DNA of 64,000 bases from Mobula hypostoma (taxonomy: Eukaryota). The DNA lies in NCBI RefSeq assembly GCF_963921235.1, contig NC_086097.1:195798001-195862000 (forward strand). The letters run 5' to 3'. Under the pieces are notes generated by a model. The model had not been told where the DNA came from. It searched no databases and worked only from the letters and a program-made list of their open reading frames with translations. Positions 38,262-51,091 of this stretch are shown here, piece after piece. The translations under genes were made by a program, and so were the position numbers. The number at the start of each line of letters is the position of its first letter. Positions within the stretch are counted from its first letter, which is position 1.

Positions 38262-38510
38262 ATTTAGAGATATAGTACAGAACGAGCTGCACCGTATAGA
38301 AAACCACCTATTTAACCGTAGACTAATCACAGGACATTTTACAATGATCAATTAACGTACTGTACTAATCGGTACATCTTCAGACTGTAGGAAGAAACCA
38401 ACCCATGCGTCACGAGAACTCCTTCCAGAAAGCACCAGAACTGAATTCCGAACTCTGACACCCCAGGTTGTAATATCATCATACTAATCGTTATGCTACT
38501 GTGGCGCACA
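38262..38510 (-). mobile_element. Degraded V-SINE/HE1-like SINE
   Basis: TTTAACC...CTAATCACAGGACA...ACAATGA..AATTAAC shared with 20565-20825. Confidence 0.7.
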
Positions 38511-38554
38511 GTAAATACCATAGTATTTATGTGTGCTGAGTTAACCTGAAAAGT

Positions 38555-39290
38555 TTGTCTTGCATACCGTTCATACAGATCAAATCATTACAGCGTATTG
38601 CAGTAAAACACTGTAAAGCAGTAACTGAATGCAGAATAGTGTGTAACGGCTATATGAAAAATGCAGTGCAGGTGAACAATAAGGTGCAAGATCATAACCA
38701 GGTAGATTATGAGTCAAGAATCCATCTCATTGCACTAAAGATCCACCTACAGTCTAATAAAAGTGAGACAGAAGCTAAGCCCCAGCCTGGTGGTGCACGA
38801 TTTCAGGCTCTTCTATCTTCTGGCAAGAAGGGGGGAAAGAGAGAATGTTTAAGGGCGATGGGGTTGTTAATTATGCAGGCTGCTTTACTGAGGCAGCAAG
38901 AAATACAGGCAGAGCTTGTGAAGGAGGCTGGTTTCCATGATGTGCGAAGCTCTGCCCAGAACTCTGCAATTTCTTGCATTCAAGAGTGGAGCAGTTGCCA
39001 GAGCAGGCTATGATGCATCCTGATAAGATGCTTTCTACAGCGCATCGACAAAAGTCAACATGGGCATGCTAAATTTCTTTAGCCTTCTGAGGAAGTAGAG
39101 GACATCCATGGTGAACTTTCTTGGCCATGGATCTACATGTTGGACCAAGATAGTTTATTGGTGATGTTCACTCCTAGGAACTTGAAGCTCTCAACCCTCT
39201 TCACTTCAACACCATTGATGTAGACAAGAGCGTGTACACAGCCCACATTCCTGAACTCAATGACCAGCTCTTTTGGCTTGCTGACATAAT
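38555..39290 (-). mobile_element. Degraded Rex1/L2-like 3' fragment
   Basis: CCTAGGAACTTGAAGCTCTC (the FKFLG motif on the minus strand) and layout parallel to other copies. Confidence 0.55.
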
Positions 39291-41329
39291 TATTTCAAAA
39301 TGGTTCAATATCACTTTTTTAAATTAAATCAATTGTTTGAACTCTTCCTACCATGCAAATAGCATCTAATTCTTAGTGTTATACAGTTTACATAATCATT
39401 CTCAATTCCATACTCAAACCTCTGGAAGGGTTTAAAGATTACACAGGGAATGGAAAAGGAAAGAGGTAAGGTTCATGATTAATAACATAGGAAGGGAAGC
39501 ATTCAGGAAGACTTTGACCAAAAAATAAATGGACAAGGATTGTGAAGCAGCAGGCCATGATAATGGGAACAGCATTCCAGGTAGAAATGAGAAATGAGAC
39601 AGAATAAAACTTTGTAACCACTCATGTCTGCTCCATTATTCAGTAAGACCAATCCTTCCTACTTAAGCCCCATATCTCTGGATTCTCTGATAGCCTAAAA
39701 ACTTAATGACCTTAGTGAATCTGTAATAAAATGAATGGCAACCTTGCAGCTAAAAGCCTGCTTGATGCTACTTAGTTTGAGATGAAACTTCAGTTATTTT
39801 TATTTATGAGGTACTTGCTCCCCACGTGTTTAAAAATAAGCACAGCTAAATTTCAGGTCCCATCTGGCATGGAGTACTTGCTAATGACACAACCTATCTA
39901 GTGAAGAGTAGAGACTCAGTGAATTCAGCCTTTCAAGAAACACTAGTTCTTGACTATTCCGTCCTTCCTTTTGTCAGGTTGTCCCATAGAAAGTAGACTG
40001 TGATTGAAAAAACCTCTGAAGAAGATGGTACAGTGATTTTCTTTTGGAACAAGAACCAATGCAGGTCAAATTGTCAAAAGCAACACCTACTAAATGCTGG
40101 AGGAACTCTGCAGGTCAGGCAGCATCTATAGAAATGAATAAATAATCAGCGTTTTGGACTGAGTCCCTTCATCAGGACTGGAAATGAAAGGGGAAGATGT
40201 CAGAATGAAAGGGAGGAGAGCAAGCCAGAAAGTGATAGGTGAAGCCAGCAGGGCGGGAAAGGTTAACGGCTGGGAAAATGAATCTGATCGGAGAGGAGTA
40301 TGGACCAGGGGAGAAAAGGAAGAAGGAGGGCACCAGACACAGGTGAGGAGAAGAGGTAAGGGGCCAAGTGGGGAATGGAAGAAGGGGGAAGGGGAAGAGG
40401 AAAAGAAAAATTAAGCAAAAAAAATTATTGGAAGGAAAAATCAATGTTTGCCATCAGGTTGGAGGCTACCCAGACAGGATATGAGGTGGTGTTCCTCCAC
40501 CCTGTGAGTGGTCTCATCGTGGCAGAAGAGGAGGCCATGGGCTGATGTGTCAGAACAGGAATGGGATTGGGAATTAAATTGGTTGGCGACTTGGAAATTC
40601 CGCTTTTGGTGGATAGTGTGGAGATGCTCAAAAAAGCAGTCCCCAATTTACATTGGGTCTCACCAATATAGACGAGGCCTCATCAGGAGCACTGGATATA
40701 ATTGACAACTCCCAACAGATTCACAGGTGAAGTGTTGCCTCATCTGTAAAGACTGTTTGGGGCCCTGAATGGAGGAAACGGAGGAGGTGAATGGGTAGGT
40801 GTAGCATTTCTTTTGCTTACTGGGATATATGCCAGGAGGGAGGAATGGACAGAGAAACATATAGGGAGCAATCTCTGTGGAAAGCAAAGAGTGAGGGGAA
40901 GTAAAGGTGCGTTTGATTATAGGACCCCACTGAAGATGGCGGAAGTTGTAGAGAGTCATGAGGTAGATGCGGAGGCTCATGGGTGTTAAGTGAGGTGAAG
41001 CACCTTCAATAACTCCAAAAGACTGAAGTTGGGTAAAATACTGGAAGGCTTTTATTCGCTGTACAATACGACCTCCACGGTGAGTGTCTTCCCCCGGACT
41101 GAGGGGAGGGGCAAGGCGAAATCACCTTTATTCAGAAATCTGTGGGAGGAGCCACAGGGGCAGTCAGCAGAGGGGTGTGTCCAGGCAGGTAACCGAGTTA
41201 CAACATATATACATGGTTTACCACATTCACCCCTCCTTTTTTTAAAAAGAGTCCCGCGGGGTGAAGTGACTGACAATATTTAAAACAAGTATATTTACAG
41301 GTCAGTCTATCAGGCGGTCGAGTCCGTCG

Positions 41330-42420
41330 CTATGATCTACGTAGCACCGGCGGTGATTGCATCGGCGATGGTGGTTGTGCTGGCTCCAGCCTGATTTCAG
41401 GTGCCAGCACGTTAGGCTTTGGTAATCCCTCGTGCGTGTGCGTCGCGCCCGGTATGGGAGTGTCGTGTGGTGTCTGTGTAGGGCTCGGAGTGCACGGTGT
41501 CTCGTGGGAATATGTATCATTGGGTACGGGGTCAATAGTCACCACGGAGTGTTCAGGGTAGAGACCCGGTGCTCCTACAGGCACCAGGTCGCGGATGGAG
41601 ACCGTGTCCTCCCGCCCATCAAGTAAAACCACATAGGCATAATGGGGATTCGCATGAAGTAAGTGAACCCTCTCGACCATCGGGGAGTATTTATTGCTCC
41701 TCGCATGTTTCCGGAGCAGCACTGGCCCCGGGGACGTCAGCCAAGTTGGTAGGGTGGTTCCAGTGGTCGATTTTCTGGGAAAAGAAAAGAGCCGCTCATG
41801 AGGGGTGGCATTGGTGGCCGTGCATAACAGGGAGCGGATGGAGTGGAGTGCCTCAGGAAGGACCTCCTGCCAGCGGGAGACCGGCAGTCCCTTTGACCTG
41901 AGGGCTAAGAGTGTGGCTTTCCACACCGCGCCATTTTCCTTCTCCACCTGTCCATTCCCCCCGGGGATTATAGCTCGTGGTCCTACTAGTTGCAATTCCC
42001 CTAGCCAGTAGGTATTGGTGCAGCTCGTCACTCATAAACGAGGACCCTCTGTCACTGTGGATATAGCATGGGTATCCAAACAGAGAGAAGAGCTTGTGCA
42101 GGGCTTTTATAACTGATGTGATAGTGGTGTTGGGGCAGGGGATGGCGAAGGGGAACTGCGAGTACTCATCGATAACGTTAAGAAAGTACATATTGCAGTC
42201 GGTGGAGGGAAGGAGGCCCTTAGTCAACACTCAGTCGCTCAAATGGGTGGGCGGCCTTGATGAGTTGTGCCTTTTTGGGTCAGTAGAAGTGCAGTTTGCA
42301 CCCTGCGCGGACTTGGCAGTCCCTGGTCATCGTCCTGATCTCCTCAAGGGAGTAAGGCAGGTTCCGGGCTTTCACCAAGTGGAAAAGCTGGGTGACCCCT
42401 GGTTGGCAAAGATCTACACG
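41330..42420 (-). pseudogene. Gypsy integrase, frameshifted
   Basis: Degenerate HHCC (LCQPGV...CQV..GC), NVIDEYS, IHSDRGSSF and GNGQVEKEN across three overlapping ORFs. Confidence 0.9.
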
Positions 42421-44016
42421 TAGAGCATATAGCCGGTCGATCTGTGCGCTGGCGCACATTCCCCGGGAAAGGGCATCGGAGAGCTCATTGAGCTTCCCAG
42501 GCCTGTACATGATGTCATAGTTGTAGGTGGAGAGTTCAATTCTCCACCTCAGAATTTTATTATTTTTGATTTTGCCCCACTGTTGGTTATTAAACATGAA
42601 TGCGACTGAGCGCTGGTCAGTTAGCAGGGTGAACCTTTTGCCGGCGAGATAGTGCCTCCAGTGCTTAATAGTTTCCACTATGGCCCGAGCCTCTTTCTCC
42701 ACCGCGGAGTGCCGAATTTCAGGGCCTTGAAGGGTACGGGAGAAGAACGCCACTGGTCTTCCCGCCTGGTTGAGTGTAGCAGCCAGTGCAAAGTCGGAGG
42801 TGTCACTTTCTACTTGGAAGGGAATGGCCTCATCCACCGCATGCATTGCTGCCTTGGCAATGTCCCCTTTTATGCGGCTGAAGGCCGCGTGGGCCTCGGC
42901 AGAGAGGGGGAATGTGGTGGACTTGACCAGGGGGCGGGCCTTGTCTGCGTAGTTAGAGATCCATTGGGCGTAATATGAAAAGAAGCCCAGGCACCTTTTG
43001 AGGGCTCTGAAGGTGTTGGGAAGAGGGAGTTCCAACAGGGGGCGCATACGGTCAGGGTCAGGGCCAATGACTCCATTCTCCACGACACACCCAAGGATAG
43101 CAAGTCGGGTGGACCCGAATACACACTTGTCCTTGTTATAGGTGAGGTTGAAAGCTTTGGCCACTTGGAGAAATTTTTGGAGGTTGTTGTCATGATCCTG
43201 CCGGTCGTGACCACAGATGGTGGTGTTATCCAGATATGGGAATGTGGCCTTCAGTTGGCACTGGTCCACCATTTGGTCCATTGCCCTCTGGAAGACAGGT
43301 ACAGCATTCGTGACACCGAAGGGGACGCGCAGGAATTGATAAAGCCTGCCGTCTGCCTCGAAGGCAGTGTAAGGGCGGTCCTCCTGGCGGATGGGGAGCT
43401 GATGGTAAGCGGATTTTAGGTCTATGGTCGAGTACACCTTATACTGTGCTATCTGATTGCCCATATCCGTGATGCGGGGTAGAGGGTACGCGTCGAGCTG
43501 CGTGAACCTATTGATGGTCTGGCTATAGTCTACAACCATCCTATTCTTCTCCTCGTACCAAACAACGACCACCTGCACCCTCCAAGGACTTGTGCTTGCC
43601 TCAATGACCCCCTCCCTGAGCAGCCGCTGCACCTCCGACTTAATGAAAGCTCTGTCCCCCGCGCTGTACCTCCTGCTTTTAGTTGCCACAGGTTTACAGT
43701 CGGGGGTCAGGTTGGTGAACAGCGGTGGGGGAGGGATCCTGAGGGTGGAGAGGCCGCAAGTGGTGTCGGTAGTGTGGCAGTTGGCATGATGTTGGGTGGG
43801 ATGCGCGGGTCGGTGTGTGTGGGTGGTCAGTGGCGGGGCATGTGACGTATCCCTACAAAACTGGGGATTTACGACAGTAATTGGTGGGAGGGGCCCATCA
43901 TACTTCATTGTCACGCTAGTCAGGTGGCTCTGGAAGTCGAGCCCCAATAACACAGGGGCACACAATTGAGGCATGACCAGTAACGTAAAGTCTCGATATT
44001 CTGTGCCCTGCACCAC
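42280..44016 (-). pseudogene. Gypsy pol: protease C-terminal part, RT, RNase H (578-codon open frame)
   Basis: VLLGLDF, RMVVDY, IDLKSAYHQ, PFGVTNA, YLDN, VESDTS, PVAFFSRTL, LLTDQRS, YRPGKLN. Confidence 0.93.
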
Positions 44017-45384
44017 TAGCGTCGCTACACAACCCCCGCCGGATGTCTGTTGTATGCGACCCGGAAGCCATGGTGACCCTCTGACTTACCGGCCGTATCA
44101 CGAGTCCACAATGGTGCTCCGTGTCCGAGTCAGCAGATGGGTGTGTCCAGACAGTTAACCCAGTTACAACATATATATGGTTTACCACATGAGGACAAAA
44201 GGAACTCTATCCTGTTAAAGTGGCAGGAAGATGGGGTGCGCATGGATGTCCAGGAAATGGATAAGTGACGAACTGGAAAGGAAATCCTCATCCCAGAAAG
44301 ACATGTGGCAGAGATGAAGGAACTGAGAAAAGGGAAAAGCATTTTTACAGGAGACAGGGTGGTCAAAATTGTCAAAACATGGTATTTTCTTCCAGTGTCT
44401 CAAATGGAAAATTTAATTAATAACTAAGTCATACAGACCAAGACTTTTCCTGGTCTGTGTCACTGAATCTGATCTCAGCCACGATACCACTTGGATGCTT
44501 CAATTGATCTCATAATGTCTGCAGTCTGCTGCTTGTACAACTATTGCCTGACGTGAAACATTGAAGGGTAATTCTACATTTCATCAATGACCAAATTAAT
44601 TGCACTATAAAAGTGGGAATCCCTTGACTGATCATTCTAAAGTAATTTACAGTGAATTAAATTCTTAAGTGAACCTTTCTTGATGCAAGTCTTCAATTGA
44701 TGTCAGTTCTGGCAGCAATTAAAATTTTATCTTGTAATGGTTTTTCACATTTATCTTTAAAATCTTACATAGTCTGCCCTGCATATTTTTCCTACAATAA
44801 AATGGCTAGTAAATTACAAACTGCCTGATTAATTTTTGTACTAAAGCCAGATTTAGCATTGAAGTTAATGGACAAATAGAATAAACTGACCTCCCAATAG
44901 TTGATTAGAAGCAAGACATTTCTTTCACTTGCCTTCTTTCACCTGCCACTACTCTGCTTAAATTTCTTCTTAGGACCCTCATTATCTCTGTAGAGAAGGT
45001 TAGGAACAATAATACTGTTCACCATTAGATTATCCACCTTTTAAAGACTGCAGCTAATTAAAAAGGGAATGTGACTCTGAAAATCAGGAATCAATCTAAC
45101 ATAAGGATTCAAAGATTGAGTATAATATAGAAGAATTTTTAGAATACAGTTAAAAGACAGAAAGCAAGCATGAACAAGGCACTCTGTCTTTTGCAATCCA
45201 GTCTAGTTAAGTGCAACAAGGTTTAGTTTTGGACTATCTTTTATATTAAATGTATACCAGTCACATTGCTGGAAAGTTTGAATGTGTTTTATCCCAGTTT
45301 GCTGATGGGATGAAAAGAGGTGGGAAAATCAGTCGTGTGGAGAATGCAAGGAATCTGCATAGGCAAATAAATGTCCTGAGATTT

Positions 45385-48257
45385 CAATCTCTGAGGTCAA
45401 CATGAGAGCATCCTTCAAGGGGGTGAACTCATGGAAAGCATCTGGCCCAGAAGGGGTACCTGACCCAGTACTAAAGACCTGTTCTAATCAACTGGCTGGA
45501 GTATTCACTGAGATCTTTTATCTCTTGCTTCAGCAGTCTGAGGTACCCACCTGATTTAAGCAGGCTTTAATTATACCAGTGCCGAAGAAGAACATGGTAA
45601 CCTGCCTCAAAGACTATTGTCCAGTGGCACTTATATCCAGAGTGATGAAGTATTTTGAGAGGTTTGTGAAGAAATTTATGATCCTTGTCTGAGAAGCAAC
45701 TTGGATCCACTCCAGTTTGCTTACCTGCATAAGAAGTCCACAGCAGATACCATTTCATTGGCTTCTCACTCGATCCTGGAACATATGGACAGCAAAGCTG
45801 CATACATCAGGATGGTCTTTATTAACGACAGCTTGGCATTCAATAATATAATTCCCTAAAAACTAATAAATAAGCTTCAAGATGTTGGCCTCAATGCCTC
45901 CATGTGCAATTGGATCCTTGACCCCAGTCAGTTCAGATTGGCAACAACATCTCCTCCACAATCTGCATCAACACAGATGAATCACACGGCTGTGGCTTAG
46001 TCCACTGCTGTACTGGCTTTACACTCAAGACTGTGTGGCTGAGCACAGCTCCAATGTCATATTTAAGTTTGCTGATGACACCACTGTCACTGGTTGTATC
46101 AAAGTTGGTAACGAATCAGTATATAGGACAGAGACTGAAAACTGGCTGAGTGGTGCCACAACAACGACCTCTTAATCAATAACAAGATCAAAGAGCTGAT
46201 TAATGACTTCTGGAAGAGTGAACTGGAGGTCCATGAGCCAGTCCGCTTCAGGGGAATCAGAGATGGAGAAGGTCATCAACTTTAACTTCCTTAGTGTTAT
46301 CATTTCAGAGGCCCAGCACATCAATGCAATTACAAAGAAAGCACAGCATGACATCTAAAACTTTGGCTAACTTCTACAGGTGTGTGTTGGCAAGCACTTT
46401 GACTGAATGCATCACAGCCTGGTATGAAATCACCAATACTCTTTTTTCCTTTTTCAATATTTTTATTAATGTTATATAAATTACATGAATAGAAATTCAA
46501 AGTTCATGAGGATATAAGTAAATAATACGAATTATATTACATTTAAATCACAGTAATATGATCACAGTATCCCATATTCCAGATCAATCATGTATAAAAA
46601 AAGATTGAATTATGAAATGAAATAGAATAAAATAATTATATTTTATTAAAAAACATCTACCCCCACTACCAAAATGAGCTGGTTGGTTAAAAAAAAAAGA
46701 AAAAAGAAGAACACCTTACCATATGATATTATAATAATAATGGCTCAGATCCATACTTTAATAACAGTTCAAAAATTGTGAAAATAATTCAGAAAGGGTC
46801 CTCATAACATTAGAAAATCATGTTTGGAATCAGAAATCGAACAATGAATCTCCTCTAGATCAAGGCACAACATAACATCAGATAGCCATTGAACATGAGT
46901 GGGCGGGGCGGCCTCCTTCCAGTTGAGCAAGATCGCCCTCCTGGCCATAAGATACATAAAGGCCAATACCTGCAAATTAGATGGCTTCAGTTTTGTAGCA
47001 CTATCCTCAACAATACCAAACAAGGCAGTCAAAGGATTAGACTTAATGCTGACATTGAAAAGTGCAGAAAAAGTTTGAAATACATCTTTCCAGAACTTTT
47101 CAAGGCTCGCACATGTCCAAAACATATAAATTAGTGTGGCCACTCCATTAGTACATCTATCACAGTAAGGGAAAATGTCTGCGTAGAAATGGGAAAGCTT
47201 GTCTTTAGACATATGAAATCTATGTACCACTTTGAATTGTAATAAAGAATGATGAGCATATAATGATGAAGAATTAATCAATTTTAAAATAATCTTCCAG
47301 CTCTCATCAGATATGAAAATCTGTAAATCCTTTTCCCAATCTCCTTTAATTTTATCTAAAGAGGCCTTTTTCAGTCCCAACAGTAGACCATAAATGTGAG
47401 ATATTGAACCATTATCAAAGGATTTCAGATTAAAAATTGTATCTATTATTTTCTTATCTGGACTTGTAGGAAATGTAAGTAACTGAGATCTTTAAAAATC
47501 TCTAATCTGTAAGTATCAAAAAAAGTGAGCGTTGGAAAGGTTAAATTTCGTTGAAAGTTGCACAAAAGAAGAGAGATTCCCTCCACCAAACAAATCCTGA
47601 AATCGTTTAATACCCAATCTATCTCATTCTTTAAAAGCTAAGTCAATTAAAGATGGTTTAAAAAAACAATTAGAAAATATGGGACTTGAGAGGGAGATCT
47701 CAATAAACCAAAATGTTTTCTAAACTGTAACCAAATCCTCAATGTATGTTTAACCTCCACATTGTCAATTAGTTTATTTAAAGATAAGGGAAGCAAAACA
47801 CCAACACTCTTGAATGGGAAATTTACTAAAAGTAGTGAATATGGCCCAGTCTATAATGGGTAAAACCCTCTCCACCACTGGGAGCACCTACACGGAGTAT
47901 TATCATGGAAAAGCAGCATCCACCAACAGGGAACCCCACCATCCAGGTCATGCTTTTCTCTCACTACTGCCATCAGGAAGAAGGTACAGAGCCTCAGGAG
48001 TCACAGTTCCAGTTTAAAGAGCAGTGATTAACCCCCAACCATCAGGCTTTTGAACTCAACTTCACTAGCCCCATCATTGAAGTGTTCCTACAACCTCTGG
48101 ACTCAATTTTAAGGACTCTTCATCTCATACTGTCGATAATTTTTATTCTTTTTTTTGCACAGTCTGTTGTCTTTTCACACTGGTTGGTGTGGTCTTTCAT
48201 TGATTCTATTATGGATAGTGGACTTATTGGTTATTCCTACAAGAAAATGAATCTCAG
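45385..48257 (+). mobile_element. Rex1/Babar-like LINE (45385-46443 plus 47799-48257) split by L1
   Basis: FKFADDTT at ~46062-46085, KTLANFYRCV, and after the insert HPGHAFLSLLPSGRRYR. Confidence 0.82.
46444..47798 (-). mobile_element. L1/Tx1-like LINE 3' fragment
   Basis: ORF 46802-47380 has LLQFKVVHR and the Cys-rich CDRC...LIYMFWTC end of L1 ORF2. AATAAA and an A-rich tail on the minus strand. TSD CACCAA(T/C)ACTCTT at 46431-46443 and 47799-47811. Confidence 0.88.
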
Positions 48258-49985
48258 GCATGACAGCAACGTTTCACCACCAGGTGAGCTCAACACCTTC
48301 TAAGCCCGCTTTGAAAGGGAGAGCATAACTATAGCTGTGAAGATCCCTGTTGCCCTGCTGACCATGTGTTCTCTGTCTTGGAGGCTAATGTTAGGCTGTC
48401 TTTAAGTAGAGTGAACCCACACGAGGTGGCAATACCTGGTAAGGTTCTGAAAACTTGTTCCAACCATCTGGTGAGAGTATTCAAGGATATTTTCAACCTC
48501 TCACTACTACAGTGAGAAGTTCCCACCTAATTCAAAAAGTTAACTGTCATACCAGTACCTAAGAAGAGTAGTATGAGCTGCCTTAATGACTATCGTCCAG
48601 TAGCACTTCACATCTACCGTGATGAAATGCTTTGAGAGGTTGGTCATGACTAGAATTAACTCCTGGCGCAGCAAGGACCTGGATTTGCCTATCGCCACAA
48701 TAGGCCTATGGCAGACACAATCCCAATGGCTCTTCACACGACCTTCGGTCACCTGAATAATACAAACACCCATGCCAGGATGCTGTTCGTTGACTATAGC
48801 TCAGCATTTAACACCATCATTCCAACAGTCCTGATCGATAAGCTACAGAACCTGGGCCTCTGTACCTCCCTCTGCAATTGGACCCTCAACTTTCTAACCG
48901 AAAGACCACAAACAATTCAGATTGGTGATAATTTCTCCTCCTCGCTGACAAACGGGTTTCACCCACTGCTCTACTCCCTCTATACCCACAATTGTGTGGC
49001 TAGGTATAGCTCAAATACCACCTATAAATTTGCTGATGATACATTGTTGGTAGAATTTCAGATGGATATGAGAGGGCATACAGGAGTGAGATATACCAGC
49101 TAGTTGAGTGGTGTCACAGCAACGACCTTCCTCTCACTGTCAGTAAGGTGAAAGAGCTGATTCTGGATTTCAGGAAGGGTAGGACGAGGGACCACGAACC
49201 AGTCCTCATAGAGGGATCAGAAGTTGAGAGAATGTGCAATTTCAAGTTCCTGGGTGTCAAGATCTCTGAGGATCTAACCTGATCCCAACATATTGATGTA
49301 GCTATAAAGAAGGCAGGACAGTGTCTATATTTAATTAGGAGTATGAAGAGATTTGGTTTGTCACCTAAAACACTCCAGAACTTCTATAGATGTACCGTGA
49401 AGAGCATTCTGACGGGCTGAAACACAATCTGAATGGGGGCTGCATCAGGGGGCTGTTTATCAACTACAGCTCAGCATTCAATACCATTCTCTCCTCAAAA
49501 CTAATCAATAAGCTCCAAGACCTTGGCCACAATGCCTCCTTGTGCAATTGGATCCTGGATTTCTTCACATGTGAACCCTAATCAATTCAGATTGGCAACA
49601 ACATCTCCTCCACAATGTCCATCAGCACAGGTGCACCACAAGGCTGTACTTTACCCTTATGACTGGGTGGCTAAGTACAGCTCCAATGCCAGATTCAAGT
49701 TTGCTGATGACACCACCGTCATCAGCATATAAGAGGAAGACAGAAAATCAGGCTGAGTGGTTTCACATCAACAACCACTCACCCAATGTCAGCAAGACCA
49801 AGAAAATGTTTATAGGCTTCAGGAGAAGGAAACCAGAGGTCCATGAACCAGTCCTCATTGGAGGATCAGAGGTGGAGAGAGCTAGTAACTTCAAATTCCG
49901 AGGCATTACTATTTCAGAGGCTGGTCCTGGGCCTAACATGTATATACAATTGCAAAGAAAGCACTAGGCAAAAGGCTCAACAATA
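48258..49985 (+). mobile_element. Two further tandem Rex1-like RT fragments (~48258-49420, ~49440-49985)
   Basis: [24 protein letters not shown] and YKFADD/FKFADD each occur twice. Confidence 0.8.
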
Positions 49986-50792
49986 TGTCCTATCCATAAA
50001 AGGCAAAACTTATTCCATCCAGCTATTACCATGCATCAGCAAAGTGATGGAAGGTGCTAATAACAGTGCCGTTAAACTGCACTTACTCACAAATAATCCA
50101 CTTGCAGATAGTTTGTTTGGATTTTGCTAGAAACACTCATATTCTTATTTTATCATATCTTTAGTCCAAATTTAACGAAAAGACCTGAATTCCAGAGATG
50201 GGGCAAAAGCAAATTCCCAATATCAAGACCTGTGACCAAACTAAAGTCATTGAGAATCAAGGGGAAACCACTGCTGAGTTCATTCCTGACATGAATTATG
50301 TGACAAATGTCCCAGCTCTGGGATATTACTGCATGAATTGAAGACACAATCTCTTTCAGTTGCTTCATCAATCTTCTTCCTTCCAACATAAGGTCAAGGC
50401 ATACTCTAGATCTTTATTAGACAGGACCTGTCATTCCCATGCAGCTACCTATGAAGGGATGATTCTTATTATTTTGCCAGTATCTTCCACTGCATTATAT
50501 GCTGCTGTCAAACAGTTTCAGTCTTGCTACATAGTGACGAATGTCACATCTCTGCAAGCTTCTTCTTTAAGGTTATTTCATTCCGATGACTGATCGACAT
50601 TTTATCGATAGTCTCTCCTGCTTAGAGCTCTTCTTCTCTTTCTCTGCCTCTTGTTCTCTTTGCTAACCTTATGTCTTCCACCACTATCAAGTTTTATAAT
50701 CAAATTCATAACCAATACTTAATAATTTTGGAAACACACATCAAAGTTGCTGGTGAACGCAGCAGGCCAGGCAGCATCTCTAGGAAGAGGTA

Positions 50793-50829
50793 CAGTCGAC
50801 GTTTTGGGCCAAGACCCTTCGTCAGGACT
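50793..50829 (-). ncRNA. Mirror copy of the hammerhead-like motif
   Basis: Exact reverse complement of 54001-54037. Confidence 0.7.
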
Positions 50830-51091
50830 AACTGAAGGAAGAGCTAATAAGAGATTTGAAAGGAGGAGATCCAAAATGATAGGAGAAGACAGGAGGGGGA
50901 GGGATGGAGCCAAGAGCTGGACAGCTGATTGGCAAAAGGGATATGAGAGGATCATGGGACCGGAGCCCCAGGGAGAAGGAAAAGGGGGAGGGGTGGAAAA
51001 ACCCCCGGACAGAGGGAGAAAAAGGAGAGAGAGAGAAAGAATGCGTGTATATAAATAAATAACGGATGGGGTATGAGAGGGAGGTGGGGCA

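Larger units (their letters stand above)
40991..44189 (-). mobile_element. Gypsy/Ty3 LTR retrotransposon lacking gag and most of the 5' LTR
   Basis: 3' LTR ~40991-41225, preceded on the minus strand by PPT AAAAAAAGGAGGGGTGAA. 44128-44189 duplicates only 41162-41225. pol lies between. Confidence 0.92.
40100..44365 (-). mobile_element. Penelope-like element (40100-40990 plus 44190-44365) split by Gypsy
   Basis: GIY-YIG-region remnants (KCYTYPFTSS...QHFTCES) and HPVSCKNAFPFSQFL. Collinear with the 50733-51930 arm. Confidence 0.85.
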
